A DNA stretch of 64,000 nucleotides, taken from assembly GCF_038025025.1 (NCBI RefSeq), contig NW_027117338.1, positions 2,294,001 through 2,358,000 of the forward strand. Direction: 5' to 3'. The DNA comes from Phyllosticta citribraziliensis (Eukaryota). This document shows, piece after piece, positions 1 through 14,519 of the stretch. The position numbers and the translations under genes are program-made. Positions within the stretch are counted from its first letter, which is position 1, and each line of letters begins with the position of its first letter. The notes below the pieces were generated by a model. It was not told where the DNA came from. It made no database searches and saw only the letters and a program-made list of their open reading frames with translations.

Positions 1-474
1 ACCGAATGCCATACCTGACACACAGACATACGTGGGGCCGCTACGGGAGGGACGTGACGTGCGTGTGGGGGAGAGGGGATCATCATCATGCGGGGTCCCC
101 GGTTGTCGGGCGGAAGAAGTGGCAGACATGGATCTCACGACAACCTACCTAACCATCTCGGACTACACTGGATCAATTGAACGCGCGGGACGCCACTTGT
201 TGGAGAGTGAATGTAAGCAAGCGATTTCGGAGGGCCGTCCCGACGGACATGCATATTTGAAGTTTAGAAGTCCTGCTTGCGATGGATGGAGCAGCCGTCA
301 CATCGACTGCAAGGAATCGTCAACTTTGCTTTGCTGCACTTAACACCTCTTTCCAGGAGCATCCTGAACACGAATTGAGGAGAACAAACAATCGAGTCGT
401 CTGCAATAGCTCAGATAACTCGGAATCCCATTAACGCACTTAATTCATCCTACCAACCAAGCACGCCCCCCAAG

Positions 475-2082
475 ATGTCGCCAAATACACCGTCCTACAC
501 ATACCTCAAGAAGCCCTCACCCGCTTCTCAGAGCAACAGCACCTCCTCCAACGCGTCCGTCGCGACCATCGTCTCCAACGTAATCGACGACGTGCGCGCC
601 CGCGGCGACGCCGCCGTCCGCGCCTACTCGCAGAAATTCGACAAGTGGGACCCGCCGACAGGCTTTAAGCTGAGCGCGGCGCAGATCGAAGCAGCAATTG
701 CGGCGTGTCCGACGCAGCTGATTGACGACATCAAAACGGTGCAGGCGAATGTGAGGAGGTTTGCGCAGGCGCAGAGGGAGTCGTTGCGCGACTTTGAGAT
801 CGAGACGCAGCCGGGGGTCAGGTTGGGGCAGAAGAACGTTCCGGTTGAGAGTGTGGGAGCGTAGGTCATGCCTCTTCTATTTCTCTAGTAGTATTTCTCT
901 TGGTCTCTGCTTGTTTCTGGTGGTTTCATGATACTTCTCCCCCTGGAGGTCATTTGGTGCACGGCAGAGCTGGCGGGTTTGGTCAGACTCACTTGATAAC
1001 AACACCTCAGATACGTCCCTGGCGGTCGGTACCCGCTGCTCGCCAGCGCGCACATGACGATTCTGACGGCGCGCGTCGCGGGCGTCAAAAACGTCGTTGG
1101 CGCTACGCCGCCCATCGCTGGCGAAGTCCCCAATGCCACGGTGGCCGCCATGCACCTGGCGGGCGCCGACGAGATCTACCTGCTGGGCGGTGTACAGGCT
1201 ATCGCCGCCATGGCCATTGGCACTGAGACGATCAAGAAGGTCGACTTCCTCGCGGGTCCGGGTACGTTGATTTCCGGTTTGGTAGAACAAGTGGTTGTCC
1301 ATCCTGGGGAAGCCCAGCCCCTGAACGAAGACTGACACACGTCGCAACCAACAGGCAACGCCTTCGTCGCCGAAGCCAAACGCCAGCTCTTCGGCAGCGT
1401 AGGCATCGACCTCTTCGCCGGGCCCACCGAGATCCTCATCGTCGCCGACGACACAGCATCCCCGCAGACGGTCGCCGTCGACATACTCTCGCAAGCCGAG
1501 CACGGGCCGGACTCGCCCGCCGTAATCATCACGACGAGCGAGGCCGTCGGGCGCCGCGCCGTCCAGCTCATCGACGAGCTGCTCGCGGACCTGCCCACGG
1601 CCGAGCTGGCCGGCGCCAGCTGGCGCGACTGGGGCGAGTGCGTCGTCGTGCCCACGCTCGACGACGCGTGGCGCCTCGCCGACCGCTACGCCAGCGAGCA
1701 CGTGCAGATTCTGACCGAGAACCCGCGCGAGGCGCTGGACAGGATGCGCAATTATGGCGCCCTGTTCTTGGGCGAGATGACGTGCGTGTCGTATGGCGAC
1801 AAGGTTATTGGCACCAACCACGTCCTCCCCACGCGCGGCGCCGCCCGCTACACCGGCGGTCTGTGGGTGGGCAAGTATCTCAAGACGGTCACGTATCAGG
1901 AGGTTGTTGACCCCCGGGCAAGCGGCGAGCTGGGTCGGCTGTGCGGGCGCGCCGCGCGAGCGGAACGCTTCGAGGGGCATGCGCGCTCGGGAGACTTGCG
2001 GGCGCAGAAATATCTGGGAGATGAGTTTGAGTGGATCAAGCAGAGCGAGGGAGAGGCGGAGAAGCAAAGTAACGGTGCGTAG
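475..2082 (+). CDS. Monofunctional histidinol dehydrogenase-family (HisD/HpsN-like) NAD-dependent dehydrogenase, 3 exons (475-860, 1011-1261, 1355-2082), ~454 aa
   Basis: Family motifs [65 protein letters not shown] introns 861-1010 and 1262-1354 join the ORF fragments in frame. Confidence 0.9.
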
Positions 2083-2699
2083 ACTTTTCAAAAATGGCCT
2101 CGGAGGCGGGGATCCACTGCTTTGTGACCCTTTTCAGCACCTGGTGACCCGATTAGTTCGTGCCCCAATTGCACTCGAAGAAATGTCAAGTCCACTCACC
2201 AAAACATGTCATCTATCCTTTCCGCGAGGGACGTTTGGGAAAAACAGCAACAGACGTTAGCACACTGCCCTCACAGACAGAGACTCATATGCAAGTGATT
2301 TTCGAGCCGGTAAGCTATCGCAAGGCATGTCGTGATTCATTACTACTCGATTTTTGACTCCTATTTTCGCCAGATCAACTCGGCAAACCCACTCCAGGTG
2401 AACGAAAAGTCCGGTCGGGGAAGAAAGCAAGTCTACCCACCGAACGCCAACCAGGCCGACGAAAAGAATTGAGAAGAAAGAATGATGGAATGAAAGACGA
2501 AGTGTCATAGAAGTCGTGTCGGGGAGGTGGGTGTCAGCGGTTCCTTGGAAAACGAGGATGCCTTTCCGCGCTGTATCCCACCTTCCACCTTTCCTTGGTA
2601 GGTCATGTCGTCCATGAAGTAACTGAGAAGAGAAAACAAAACGAAGTCATGATCGATCTTCACCCAAGGTGGCCATGCGAAGCCGCTTTGATCCACCAC

Positions 2700-5600
2700 T
2701 CAGAGCCAGAACATGATGTCGTCCAGAGCAGGGTGCCATGGATTCAAGCGACTGCCCTTCAACTTGGGATCAACCGCCGGATTCTCCAACCAGGCGCGCC
2801 AGTATTGGCTTAGCTGGATTTGATTGGCCAAGCGCACGTCACGCTCCTTGGGCTTCTCGGTCTTCGTGCCATCCTTGTCGTAATTGTCGCCGATCAGAAA
2901 CTCGCGGAGGTAGTGTCTTCCACGCTCGCACAAGCGATCTGCATAGTAGGCAGGAGCACAGTATGAGACTGCCTTGGTTGCGCGGGCGTACGTGTAGCAA
3001 AGACCGTGAGCCTAATGATATATCAGTACGGGCACAAGTCAGTGTTGGGATGGGTCTTACAATCTGTTCGATCTCGTCAGCCACAAGGCCGATCTCGTTG
3101 ACAATCTCGATGTAGTGGGCAGGCTTTGCGGTTCCTTGCAGCGCGTCATGGGACTGTAGGAAGAAGTTGCATCGCTTTGGTAAAGTGACGACGCGATCGA
3201 TGACCAGACCGGGCTTGATGTTGCCTTTGTCATTGTAGATCTGGGACTCGTTCGAGGCGAAGAAGCGGCTGTGGTGCCTCTTCGAGACGACGTAGAAGCT
3301 AAGCTTGAGTTCTTTGGGGACGGTGGCCTTTCCATTCCGCTTGGCTTCACTCGCAGCCTGGTCCCAGGCAACTCGGATGGCCGAGGCCTCTTTCTGCTTG
3401 ATGATGGGGAATTGGCCCTCGGAGACTCCGTCACGGAACATGAGAATGTTGCTGGGCAGGCGCGCATTCTTCAACGCGAAGGCAGTGATTCGCTCCTTGG
3501 CCATGCCCGCCATATCCTCGATGTCCTCCTGGCGAGATGCCTGCAGACGCATGGATCCTGGCATGTTGGAGAACTGATCGTCGACAGAACCAACCACAGC
3601 AGCGATGGAGGGGCAGCCGTGGCAGCTACCCGCTCCCGGATGGGTGACGTCGGCTCCGAGAATAAGGGTGTTGACCATACCCTGAGGAGTGAAGAGCTTG
3701 CGGAATTCGCTCTTGTAGTCGAGGGCCTGGTTTGTGCCGCCGCACTTGAGGTTAAACTTCATGGCGAGGTTGGACAGCGTCTGCGGGTGGGGAGGGCCTT
3801 TTGAGAAATGTTTTGGGAGCGCAGCGACAGTACGGGTGCCCCATTTGCAATCTGCCCACTTCTTGAGCGCAGCGTACAAGTCCACGCTTGGTGAGGGAAG
3901 CACGACAAGAAGCATTCGTGGGGGGTTGCGAGCAAGATGGGCTGGGTTGCCTCGGAGTTCCCTCCTGAAGTCCTGTCTCAAAGATGGAAGCCTGATCTCT
4001 CGGACCTGATTGTCCTTGGGCCTCTGGACATTCATTCCGTGACCCGAAAGCGCTCGTTGCATCGCGTCCCATAACTGAGGTGCGTTGATCCTGGGAGGGG
4101 GTTGGCCTTGCTGGTTGATGACCATGACTTCCAAGCCTGGCACGGATGCAGGTTTGCTGAACTTGGTGTTGGCCAAGTTCCAACCCGCGTTCCTGACATT
4201 TGCCGGACGATTGCCAGCGTAGGTAACTTTGGGGACCGGCAACAGACGGCCTTCGATCTGGATCAAGTTGTTTCCAAGCTTCAGGCCAATTTTGCCCTGT
4301 TCAATGTTAGCGAAAGCACGGTGGAACGTACAACAAATGCACTTACGAAGAGAGCCTTGTCACCACGGATACCCAGCAGATCCATGCCCTCCTTGTAGAT
4401 CAAGTTCGCATTCTCCGCCGGCTTGCGGCATGCAACCTTGATGATGTTCTTGAGGTGCTCGGGAGTGATGACGCCCTTGTAGACCTCTTTGCGATCGATT
4501 TCCAGGTACTCCGGGGGAACCCAGACTGCCTTGTCGTCGTTGCCGGACCTGTCTTTAGGCTTGCCAATGTTGGCGCACGGGAGATATGGCTTCCGAAATT
4601 GATTGAGTGTAGCGTGGAAGTGCTGCCAAAGAGGAGCCCTTTCGCCAGGCGCGCTTTCGAACGGATGGAATGTTTGCGACTTGACGGGAGCTCCGAGCTC
4701 CTTCAGTTTGCGCCTCCTGTTAGGCTCCGTGTTGGGGTCAATGCGCTCATCCCACGTAGGGCGATCGTAGGTGATGCGCACATTGGTGCCCTTCAGAGAC
4801 GCCATGACTTCTCTGTTGCTCATGTTGAAAGGTGGGGCGCCCATCTTCTCGATCCAGTCGGAGACAGGGACGGGGTCGAAGAAGGCAGTGGTTGCTGCGT
4901 TGATATTCAAGAGGACTCTACCCTCTGCCGGCCGGGTTGAAAGAAAGTATGTGCGCGTCGCAAGTAGGCCACCAATGTCCATGTATCCACCATCCACTGC
5001 GAAACGATTCTGGCCAATCTGGGTGATGTCGTTGGGCTGATGGTCCATAATTTTGCGACCAATGAAAGCATTGATAGCACGTACGATGCATTCTGGCTGT
5101 TCGCTTGCCAGAATGTCCTCGGAGGCTTCGTTCATGCGTAGGATTTTGTTGTACCGAATCTGAACGGACTTGGTCGTGGTCGGCGCGCCATTGAGAGGAG
5201 AGCTGTAAGACACTGGTCCAACGTTGGTGGTGGTTTCGACATCGGGCATTCCTGGGAGAGGAGTCAAGGACCAGATAGCACCGGTCTCAAAGGCGAAGTC
5301 GGATGCGCCTTGGAGTGGTTCCATGCTCTTCATAGCCTCGAGAATGCGCCATTTCTCGGTGCGGTCCTTGATCTTGGCGTCAAAGGTGAGGGCGTACTCG
5401 TGGATCTCCTTGAATTGATGTGCCATCGTAAGGTAGTTGGCAGTGACCTGCATCTTCTGACCGCGAGTGCCATGAAGCAGGGCGTTTGACTGACCCGTGG
5501 GCTTCACGGGTTCGGTGGGTTCTTTGAAGACCTTGGAGTTCGTAAACGGCGGAGCAACAGGCTTGGGCCTCTTCAAAATGGGCGATTTGAACTGGCGGGC

Positions 5601-5711
5601 AGTGTCAGGTTTGACATTGATGAGTTTGGCATTCGGGCCAGGGCCACAGCTTCCGGAGTCCGAAGACTGGCCTGGCTTGGGGCCGCGGGTGGGCAAGGGT
5701 GGCGGTGGCAT
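2700..5711 (-). CDS. Argonaute protein A (N-L1-PAZ-L2-MID-PIWI), 3 exons (5711-4347, 4296-3061, 3011-2700), ~970 aa
   Basis: ArgoN GTRGQKMQVTANY; L1 STRPAEGRVLLNINAATTAFF; PAZ end WVPPEYLEI; MID NLAMKFNLKCGGTN; PIWI GADVTHP, FRDGVSEGQF, KRHHSRFF, FFLQSHDALQGTAKPAHY, PAYYADRLCER; C-terminus MFWL. Two GT-AG introns restore the frame. Confidence 0.95.
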
Positions 5712-6623
5712 TGTGTTCAGTCGAAATTGGTGAGGTTGTGTTGGAGTTGGGACATGCGTGAGCCGCTGGGCAATGGAGATGGGGAAACGTGACCGGGGCG
5801 GACGGTAGGTTGCAAGTGAAGAGGCCGAAGTTGAACGGAGGAATGTCGACAAGGGCCGTGTAGCTTAGGACGCGGGGAATGACGTAGGTCCTGGGCAGAC
5901 AATGGCCGCGGTCGACGTGCGGTCTAGGTCTAGGTCAAGGTCTAGGCGCGGGAAAAGCTGCTGTGTGAGAGAGTTAGCTTGTGCCGAAGCATTGGGGTTT
6001 GGGGAGTTTACATATTGCAGGACTCTGAGCAGAGGGCGGGCAACAGCAGGCGAGAAGGTTCGGGGTGAGAGAGAAAGACGAGGGTGGAGGAGGGAAAAAG
6101 AGAGGAGAGGGCAGAAGACTGTGGTACTGACATGAATATAACTGCCTGGGCCCTTCACCTTCCATTCGTACCTGCCCTGCTGCGTCCAGTCCAGGACCCG
6201 ACGTTTGCTAAGGCTCAGGTGTGCCGTTTGGCGCTAGGTCGGAAGCGGAAGGGACAGGCCCTGCGGGTCCTACTGACAGCGGCTGTGGTTGGTCTGCCTG
6301 TCGTCTGCCTGTGGAATGCCGCCTCCCCGTCCAAAGCAAATATCCCGAACCGACCATCCTGCAGCTTGCCATGGATTGCATTTGCCAATTGGATTGGACG
6401 CGCTGAGCCGATGCGATGGATGCTTGCACAATGCCAAAGTCAGTCTCTATGTGTGACTCTTCACTCCATGAATCGCGGACATGTGCAGTCAAAGTTTCTT
6501 GAGTTGAGTCTTCCGTACGCGTCTCTCGATCGTTTAGTTATCGTACGGTACCAAAGTGGGGATGCCCGGTTCTCCTACGCGCCTTTGTTCAATGTTTTGC
6601 TTTTCCGACGCGTCCGCCTGCAC

Positions 6624-7797
6624 TCAATGCGCGCCCAGCGTTCTCATGACGCCCTCAAACGCTACAAGGGCCATTGCGTTTGCTGGGAATGCCCGCAGGA
6701 AGCACGGGACAAAGCCTCGCCAGTACCCCCGCCACCCGTTCTCTTTCCAAACTGCTTTTGCTGCATCCTTCCACCGTGGGTACTTTCTCCCCTCGCCCAA
6801 TGGATCCGTCATGATGCGTTGTTTCACCACGTCGCAGGGGTAGCTTGTTAACCAAAAGATTTGGGCAGATAGCCCACCAGCCCAGAAATTGATGGCCGGT
6901 GCTGAAAGCGACGTGTTTGCCGAAAAGTACCGCGTCAAGACATCGTATGATCCCCACCAAGCAAAAAACCACGTGCGGAAGAGAATCGTCGCGGTCAAGC
7001 CGTGGAAGAGTCCGGGTAGGCCATGGCCGCGTATCTGGACGGTCAGAGGTCAGAATTATGGTGACCCGGAAAGCACGTCTGTGCCATTGAGGCTCACCAG
7101 CTTCATGCTACAATCTATCGGGCCGCTGTACAGTCTCTGTGCCTTGTCCGCGGCGTACTGCACTTGGAGCCGAGCCTTGACGTGCTCTACAGGAGCCGCG
7201 ATAAAGCTGACTGTCCATCCTGCCATGATGCCAGCAACCCCGTGTCCGACGGTTGGCAATTTGTGCGTCGATTGCTCGAGAGCATTGACGGGAGTGAAGA
7301 CGTGCTCGCGGAGAAGACGGCGGTATACGGTAAGGGATCCAAGCATCCTGTGCGCGAGCTATCAGCGGCCATAGCATTTGAACGGACAAGGACGACTCAC
7401 AGCGAGTCCATTGCCATCCACCCCACGAGTGGAGGAGTAGCGCCCTTGTACAGGCCTCGCATCCCCTCATTGCGGACAGTCTGCACCAGACATTCCAGGG
7501 GCCCCTTGAATTGCGACTTTTCGGAAGTCTGCAGGCGGACCTTGATGGTGTCGAAGCTTCAAGGCGGTTAACGGTCGATGTCGTCGATGAAAAGGTTGGA
7601 GACTTACGGGTGTCCAACTACACAGAGTCAGCCGTCGGACATGACAAGGGGTCCTATTTGTCCTCACCAACTAATTTGGTAATGCCAGAAAATATGCCAG
7701 CGACGAATCCCTTGTAGTTTGCGGGCGCGGGGGCTATCTTTTTTTCCTGCGAAGATGCGACGCCATGGTTGAGCGAGGAGCTCGCCGTTGCAGACAT
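6624..7797 (-). CDS. Mitochondrial carrier family protein (YMC1/carnitine-ornithine carrier-like), multi-exon
   Basis: Three carrier signatures: FDTIKVRLQ, PVEHVKARLQ, PCDVVKQRIM. N-terminus MSATASSSLNHG...NYKGFVAGIFSG; C-terminus GFVPCFLRAFPANA. Confidence 0.9.
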
Positions 7798-8396
7798 CAC
7801 CGGGGGAGAAACACACGGGGAAAAGAGGCAGCGCAGTCTTTGAACATGCCTGGTTCTGAGTCAATGTTCAATGGGCGCGCGTGTCGACGAAGCATTGCGC
7901 ACGCAGCGCAGGCGGGACGTCAACGGACATTTGATAAGCGGGCTCGATGGGCCAAGACGGAGCCGCTGCGGCTCTTCGGGCTGTTAATGACGGTATGCAA
8001 AAACCACCGAGATCGCCTGCAACAACAGGCATCCAGGATCAAAGACTTCGGCTAGATCTAAACCTCTTTTGCAAGTTTGCGCCATGAGTTTGCGACGCCA
8101 CCAGAAAATGGATGTTTTCAACGTGGGCAAAAACTGGGCCACGAGGGCGCCGGCGCGCGCTGACAGGCCCGATAAGCCATCCACTGGACCATTGGCGACG
8201 CGAGCCTGGGGGTGGGCCTCTGCGGCCGAGGCCTTCCTTTGGAGAGACCTTAGCCGATGATGTGACGATGTAGGTCCAAGGGCCCTCAGGTCAAGGGCGC
8301 GAGGCAGCCTTGCTTACCATATTGCCCTCTTCCTCTCCTTCGATTCTTCTCCTGCTCCTCCTTCTGCTGCCTCGTCTCCCTGTCCAACTCCTAGCA

Positions 8397-9492
8397 ATGT
8401 CCATCCAAGACGAAAAGAACGCGGCAGCTGTTGCTGCGGTAAACCCAGACCAGACGCGCGTGGTTGACTCCAGCAAAGGTGCGCGTGCGCTTCAACATTT
8501 CCGTCGGGACCTGTTCGCTGACCGAAGCGCCCAGTATGGACCACGTTAATCACAAACACGGCCTACCTGCCTGGCCTCCTTGCGCTCGACTTCTCACTGA
8601 AGCGCGTTGGCTCCAAACACCCGCTGGTTGCCCTCTACACGGATGCTTTCCCACCGGAAGGGCACCGCGCGCTAGACGTGCGCGGGATTCCCAAAAAGCA
8701 CATCCCTTACCTTTTGCCCACCTCGCACAAGGACTACTCGAATGACCCGCGCTTCTACGACTGCTGGAGCAAACTGACGCCCTTCAGCCTGGTAGAGTAT
8801 GACAGGGTTGTGCAGTTGGACTCGGACATGTTGGCGCTGCAGAACATGGACGAGCTGATGGAGCTAGAGCTGGATCCTCCGAGCCTTGAGGCCAAGGGCC
8901 AGAGAGTGTTTGCAGCGTCACATGCTTGCGTCTGCAATCCTCTGAAGAAGCCACACTACCCAGCAGACTGGTGAGTTTCGCCTTGGCCTTCGATCTGCGA
9001 CAACGGCTGAGACATGGCAGGATCCCGGAAAACTGCGCCTTCACGACCCAACATTCGAAGCCGAAGCTGGCACAGAGGGAAGGCGCGTCGCCAACGGCCG
9101 GTCTCGCCATGCCAAACGGCGGACTTCAAGTCGTAAACCCGTCGGCGGCTGCGTACGGTGCGATTCTGCGCGCGCTGCAATCTCCGACCAGCATGGCGTA
9201 TGAGTTTGCGGACCAGTCGCTCCTGTCGGACGTGTTCAGCGGTCGATGGGTCGGCATCCCGTACATCTACAATGCGCTCAAGACGATGCGGTGGAAGGGG
9301 GTCCACGATGCTATATGGAGAGATGAGCAGGTCAAGAACGTGCACTACCTCCTGGCGCCCAAGCCGTGGGAGGAAACGCCGGCGCAGAGGCAAAATCGTG
9401 ATAAGCGGACGGAAATAAATGCATGGTGGTGGGAGATCAACGAGGAGCGCAAAGGGGAGGAGATGGCGCGCGGCATCGACGACGGCTTCTGA
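8397..9492 (+). CDS. Glycosyltransferase family 8 protein (glycogenin/galactinol-synthase-like), 3 exons
   Basis: VWTTLITNTAYLPGLLAL, DxD motif VQLDSDML, FADQSLLS, YNALKT, VHYLLAPKPW. Introns at ~8479-8534 and 8971-9020. Confidence 0.88.
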
Positions 9493-10280
9493 GAGTGGCA
9501 TGATGGAGGGAGCATGGGGGGGCATGTAGCTAGATATAGACGGTAATTGCACGTAATTGCATCCAAGCAGATCATTGTGGCGCCACGGCAAGAGTGCTCG
9601 TCCTGGTCGTCTTCGGAGCGAGCCGAGCCCTACCTTAGCAGCAGCGGAGAGCAGTGGTTGGTGACCCGGCCCATGTCGTCGTCCTGGCGCGCGGCACTGG
9701 CTGGCAGGCCCTGCGGTGAGACAGTCTGACGCCCAAAATAAGCTGAGTTGCGTTGGCGACGACATGGACCTGAGTGAGTGCCAGCAAGGTGCACCGCATG
9801 ACGAGAGGACGAGGGACGCATGGCGGGGGGAGCGCATCTCTCCAGCAGATGAACGCGACGGGCGGGACGTGATGCCTGTAGGTATCGATTGGCGCCCCTG
9901 ACCACAACCTAAGCCTTACATCCAGGAACAACCCAACATCTTGCTCCCCACCCACCTCCGAGCTTCGTGCAAAAAAAGAGCCCCTTTACCGTCGCTCCCG
10001 CAGCCTGTATACTAGCCTGCGCTGTCCCGCTATCCGCTGCTGTCCATCCTCGACCTCGCTCGCGACACCCCCCTCCCTCACGCCTCACGCGCGCGCCGCG
10101 CCTCTCCCTGGCCATCCAAACGCTTTCTGCTGAGCCGGCGTTTCAACCCACTCCATCCCTCCTCACCTCTCCATCGGCCATTCTCCCATCTCCGCCGCGA
10201 CCCTTACGCCCTCATCGCCCGTCCTCCGTCCTCCGTCTTCTGTCCTCCACCCTCGCGTCAAAAACACTCCGGCCGTCAAC

Positions 10281-11060
<780 letters not shown>

Positions 11061-11743
11061 GGGCCTGGTTCTTGACCGCAACAGATGATACCCGCTCGTT
11101 GGTGCCTCATACCTACCAACGAGCCCTCGGACCTCTCCATACCCTTCAACAATCCTCTCTTTGCGAGTGCGACTCCGGCTCCCAAACGGACCAGTGCCTC
11201 GTTTTCGATGCTACTTTTCCCCTCCTCTCTCTCCTGCGTTGTTTCGCCTTACTTTCGTGGCGCACATTAGACTCGACGGCTTGACGGATGTTATTCATCC
11301 ACGACATCAAACTACAGCGTGTCTACCTCTCTGTAAAAACGGGTAGATCATTGTCTAGCTGCGAGAAGTCGCCCACAACTCCTTTTATACTCCAAAAATT
11401 CCGGCATCGATACCTTGTCTTAACAACGACTTTCCCCAAGATGCCGTCCTCAACATCCGTCGGCGCCTAGCTAGTTGCCTCTTCACTCGCTCCAAAGAAA
11501 TCCACACCCTTCTCCCACAGCAGAGCCCCTGGTCGTTTCCTTTTATCCCCTGCCTGTGAGCTCATGATACCTGTCGCGCTTTGCGTTTTTTCCTTGAGTC
11601 GATTTTCCTTGTGTTTTGATCTTGCCGCGTTCCGTCAGCCTTTTCCTTGCTGTTTTCCCACGTCTCTTGGCTACTTTTGTTTTTTGCTGTTGCTTTCCTT
11701 GAGTCTTAGTCTCTACCTTTTCCATTATCAGTAATCCTATTTC

Positions 11744-11778
11744 TCTCTCTATATCTCCATCTCTCTCTCTCTCTCTCT
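11744..11778. repeat. (CT)n microsatellite / pyrimidine tract
   Basis: ctctctctatatctccatctctctctctctctctct read directly. Confidence 0.7.
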
Positions 11779-13010
11779 CTACCGTTACAACTATGCTCAC
11801 CACAGCAAGCAAGCACTACCTACTTATTGCTGCTCCCTGCCTAATTGGGCTCATCACTACTATTCCTTAATTGCTCACCCCCGTCCATCCACACACACCT
11901 CTGGATGCCTTGGCCCCTTCCGTACGTACGCTTGCATGTGGTACATGAGTTCCCTTTTCTCTTAGACGGGCGGAAAGCGGGGGCGTCAAATCGTGGATTG
12001 TCGAATCTTCTGGGGGGAGAGTTGGCCGGACGGACTGGTGGTTTGTTCAATTGCGACAGGCCTCGTCTTTGAACGGCGACTCGCATCGCTTGGTCTTTGG
12101 AGTGCGTTGTTGCTGTTGCTGTTGCTGGAGGAGGCGGTCGGTCCTCGATCTTACAAGCCGAGAAAAGGGGAAGTTTGGTGGAAGGAAGATGCGCGAGGGC
12201 GGTGGCTGCAGGAGAAGCGGTCGAATTGGACGATCAGTACGGCTGGGTAGACTGGGGGCGTGGGCGGGAAGATGTCATTGGCTTTTGTTCGTTTTGGTCT
12301 TTATTGTCGTGTCAATTGTACTGTCTACCGTTGTGCTCGCTGCCTGTTCGCCTGTTTGTCTGTATCCGCCTGAGGCGACGAAAGAATCGGTGCAAAAACA
12401 AAAACAGAAAATAAAAGTCTTGTCTGTCCATGTACCTACCCATCGTGCCTGTGCTGTCTTGCCCTCCACTCATGAGCAACACGTGTCCATCATACACACT
12501 CCCTCTCAGCTGCGGCCTTCCCTCTTCTTCCAGCTCTCCCCCGCCAAGATGGACCGTCGACTCCAAGTGACACAAACGGCGCGCGTGGACGACACGAAAC
12601 CAGAGACGAAACGAGACGTCGTAAGCTGCCGTACATAGTCACCCACCTCTTGCTGGCCAAAACAGCCGATGATGGAGACGATTCATGTTTGAGACTGCCG
12701 AGGAGGAGGTGGAGGAGGCCGCGTCGTTGTCATCGTCGGACGAAGAACCACGACCAGCGACGGACGAATGTGGCTGGAGTTGCCTTCTGGGCTTGGTGTT
12801 TTGGCTTGCTGCCGAAGATGCGAATACAGGCAGCAAAGACGCACAGACAGAGGGATGGATGTTCAAAAAGGCCGAAATGGTATTACTACTACACGCTGCT
12901 TGCCCATTCTATCCTACAGTGTGGATATTTGTTTCTTCTCATCGTTGCTCATAACCTACGTGTTCTCGTTCCTTTCAATGGTAGTCTGCGTCAAGTTCAA
13001 TTCCCAGCCT

Positions 13011-14519
13011 CTAGAGCTTTTGCTTCTCCTCCAACTCGCAAAACGCCTTGAAAGTGACGAAGCTGTCGTCAGCGGCCTCGAGAACACACTCGGCCGTGGC
13101 GCCGACAAAGTAGACGAATCCCGGCTCGACGGGCTCCTTCTTCGGGCCCACCGAGATGGTGCCCTTGCCTTCGGTGCAGAGAACAATGCTAGGCCCCTCG
13201 ATGCCGTCAAACGTCGCCTTGGCGCCAGCCTTGTTCAGAGCCGTCCTGATGACGCTGAACTCCTCGATCGGCGGGTCGTACAGGATGGACGAGGAGGCGG
13301 ACGAGTAGGCCGGCACGTTGAGCGTCACATACGGGTAGTCCTTGGGCTCCATCTTCTGCTCCTCGATAGGCGCGTAATTGTACGTAAGCATTGACGTCAG
13401 CGTCGAGACGTCCTTGAACTTGGGCGTGAAGCCCGCGCGCACCACATTGTCCGACGACGCCATGCACTCGATGATGTCGCCCGACAGGTAGGCGTGAATG
13501 TCGTCGGCCTGCAGGAACATGGCTTCGCCTACGTCCAGCTTGACGTAGTTGAGGAAGAAGAGCACGAAGAGACCAATGTCGTTGGGGAACTGCGAATTGC
13601 AGCGTTGCACGAGCTCTGAGAGCTCGGCGCCGCTGTTGGAGGGCCCGCCTTCTCCTGCAAAAGCATCGCCCTCGGACTTGGCTTGCTCGAGTAGCTCTGG
13701 CGTCCTTGCTTCGATGTCCTCCGGCGTTGACGTCATGAGGGACGTAAAGGCCTTTTGGAGCGCTTCCTTGTTGGCCTTTTGGTCCTCCTCCTTGTCCGAT
13801 GTCTCATTGCCCTTGATCTTGCTCTCAAAGTGGGAAGCCACCTCCTCGCCCACAAGCTTGCGTAGAGAAGGTACCGTGGAAAGGAAGTGGGCGATTTCTG
13901 CCAGAGGGCGGAAACCACAAAGGCCGTCAAATGGCGTGATGGCAATAGTCATTTCGGGCTTGTGGTTGTCATCTGGCCTCAAGTCAGCCCCCTTGGCTTC
14001 CAAGAGCGTATCGGGCACAGTTGTATACCAGGATAGTTTTTGGGGTCTTTGGCGTGCAGCTGTTCGGCCAACTGCTTGTTCGGGTGGGCCTGAATGCTCA
14101 GCGCTTTGCGGATCGAAAGAACCTTGAACAAGAACGGCAGCCTCCCGCCATATTTTTCAGATATTTCCTGCGACATGAGCGCCTGGTTGTCCTGGACGAG
14201 CTCGAGCAGGCTCCTCTGAGTCTCGACATCCTTCGAAGGGAGCGACGGGTGTGTGCCCATCCATAGTTCTGCGTATGGCTTCTCTTCTTGTATGCTGAAG
14301 TCCGAGGGAGGAGTGGCAGAGGCGAATTTGGCCGCGGCAGAGGAGCTGCCGACCTTGCCTGGGAAATGTTAGAGGGGAAAAGTCTCGAGGCGGCGCTGTT
14401 TGGGAAGAGATACCCCAGTCGTAGCTGTTTACACCTTGGATTTGTTAGCGGCGACGCGATTGGCTAGATTTGGAGTTGACCGCATTACCGCACTGGAGTC
14501 TGATCAAGGGAACCTGCAT
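13011..14519 (-). CDS. manA: Mannose-6-phosphate isomerase (type I PMI), multi-exon
   Basis: [76 protein letters not shown]. Confidence 0.95.

Noticed and set aside
877..2091. 404-aa minus-strand ORF
   Set aside because: Antisense shadow of the GC-rich HisD-family gene; no motifs of its own. The same applies to the long antisense ORFs over GT8, the SDR, the second P450, GH3 and CNT.
5923..5946. (TCTAGG)x4 short repeat upstream of Argonaute A
   Set aside because: A simple hexamer microsatellite; not the telomeric TTAGGG and not a spaced array.
6084..6851. 255-aa plus-strand ORF upstream of Argonaute A
   Set aside because: No recognisable domain, atypical composition, and it overlaps the carrier gene antisense.
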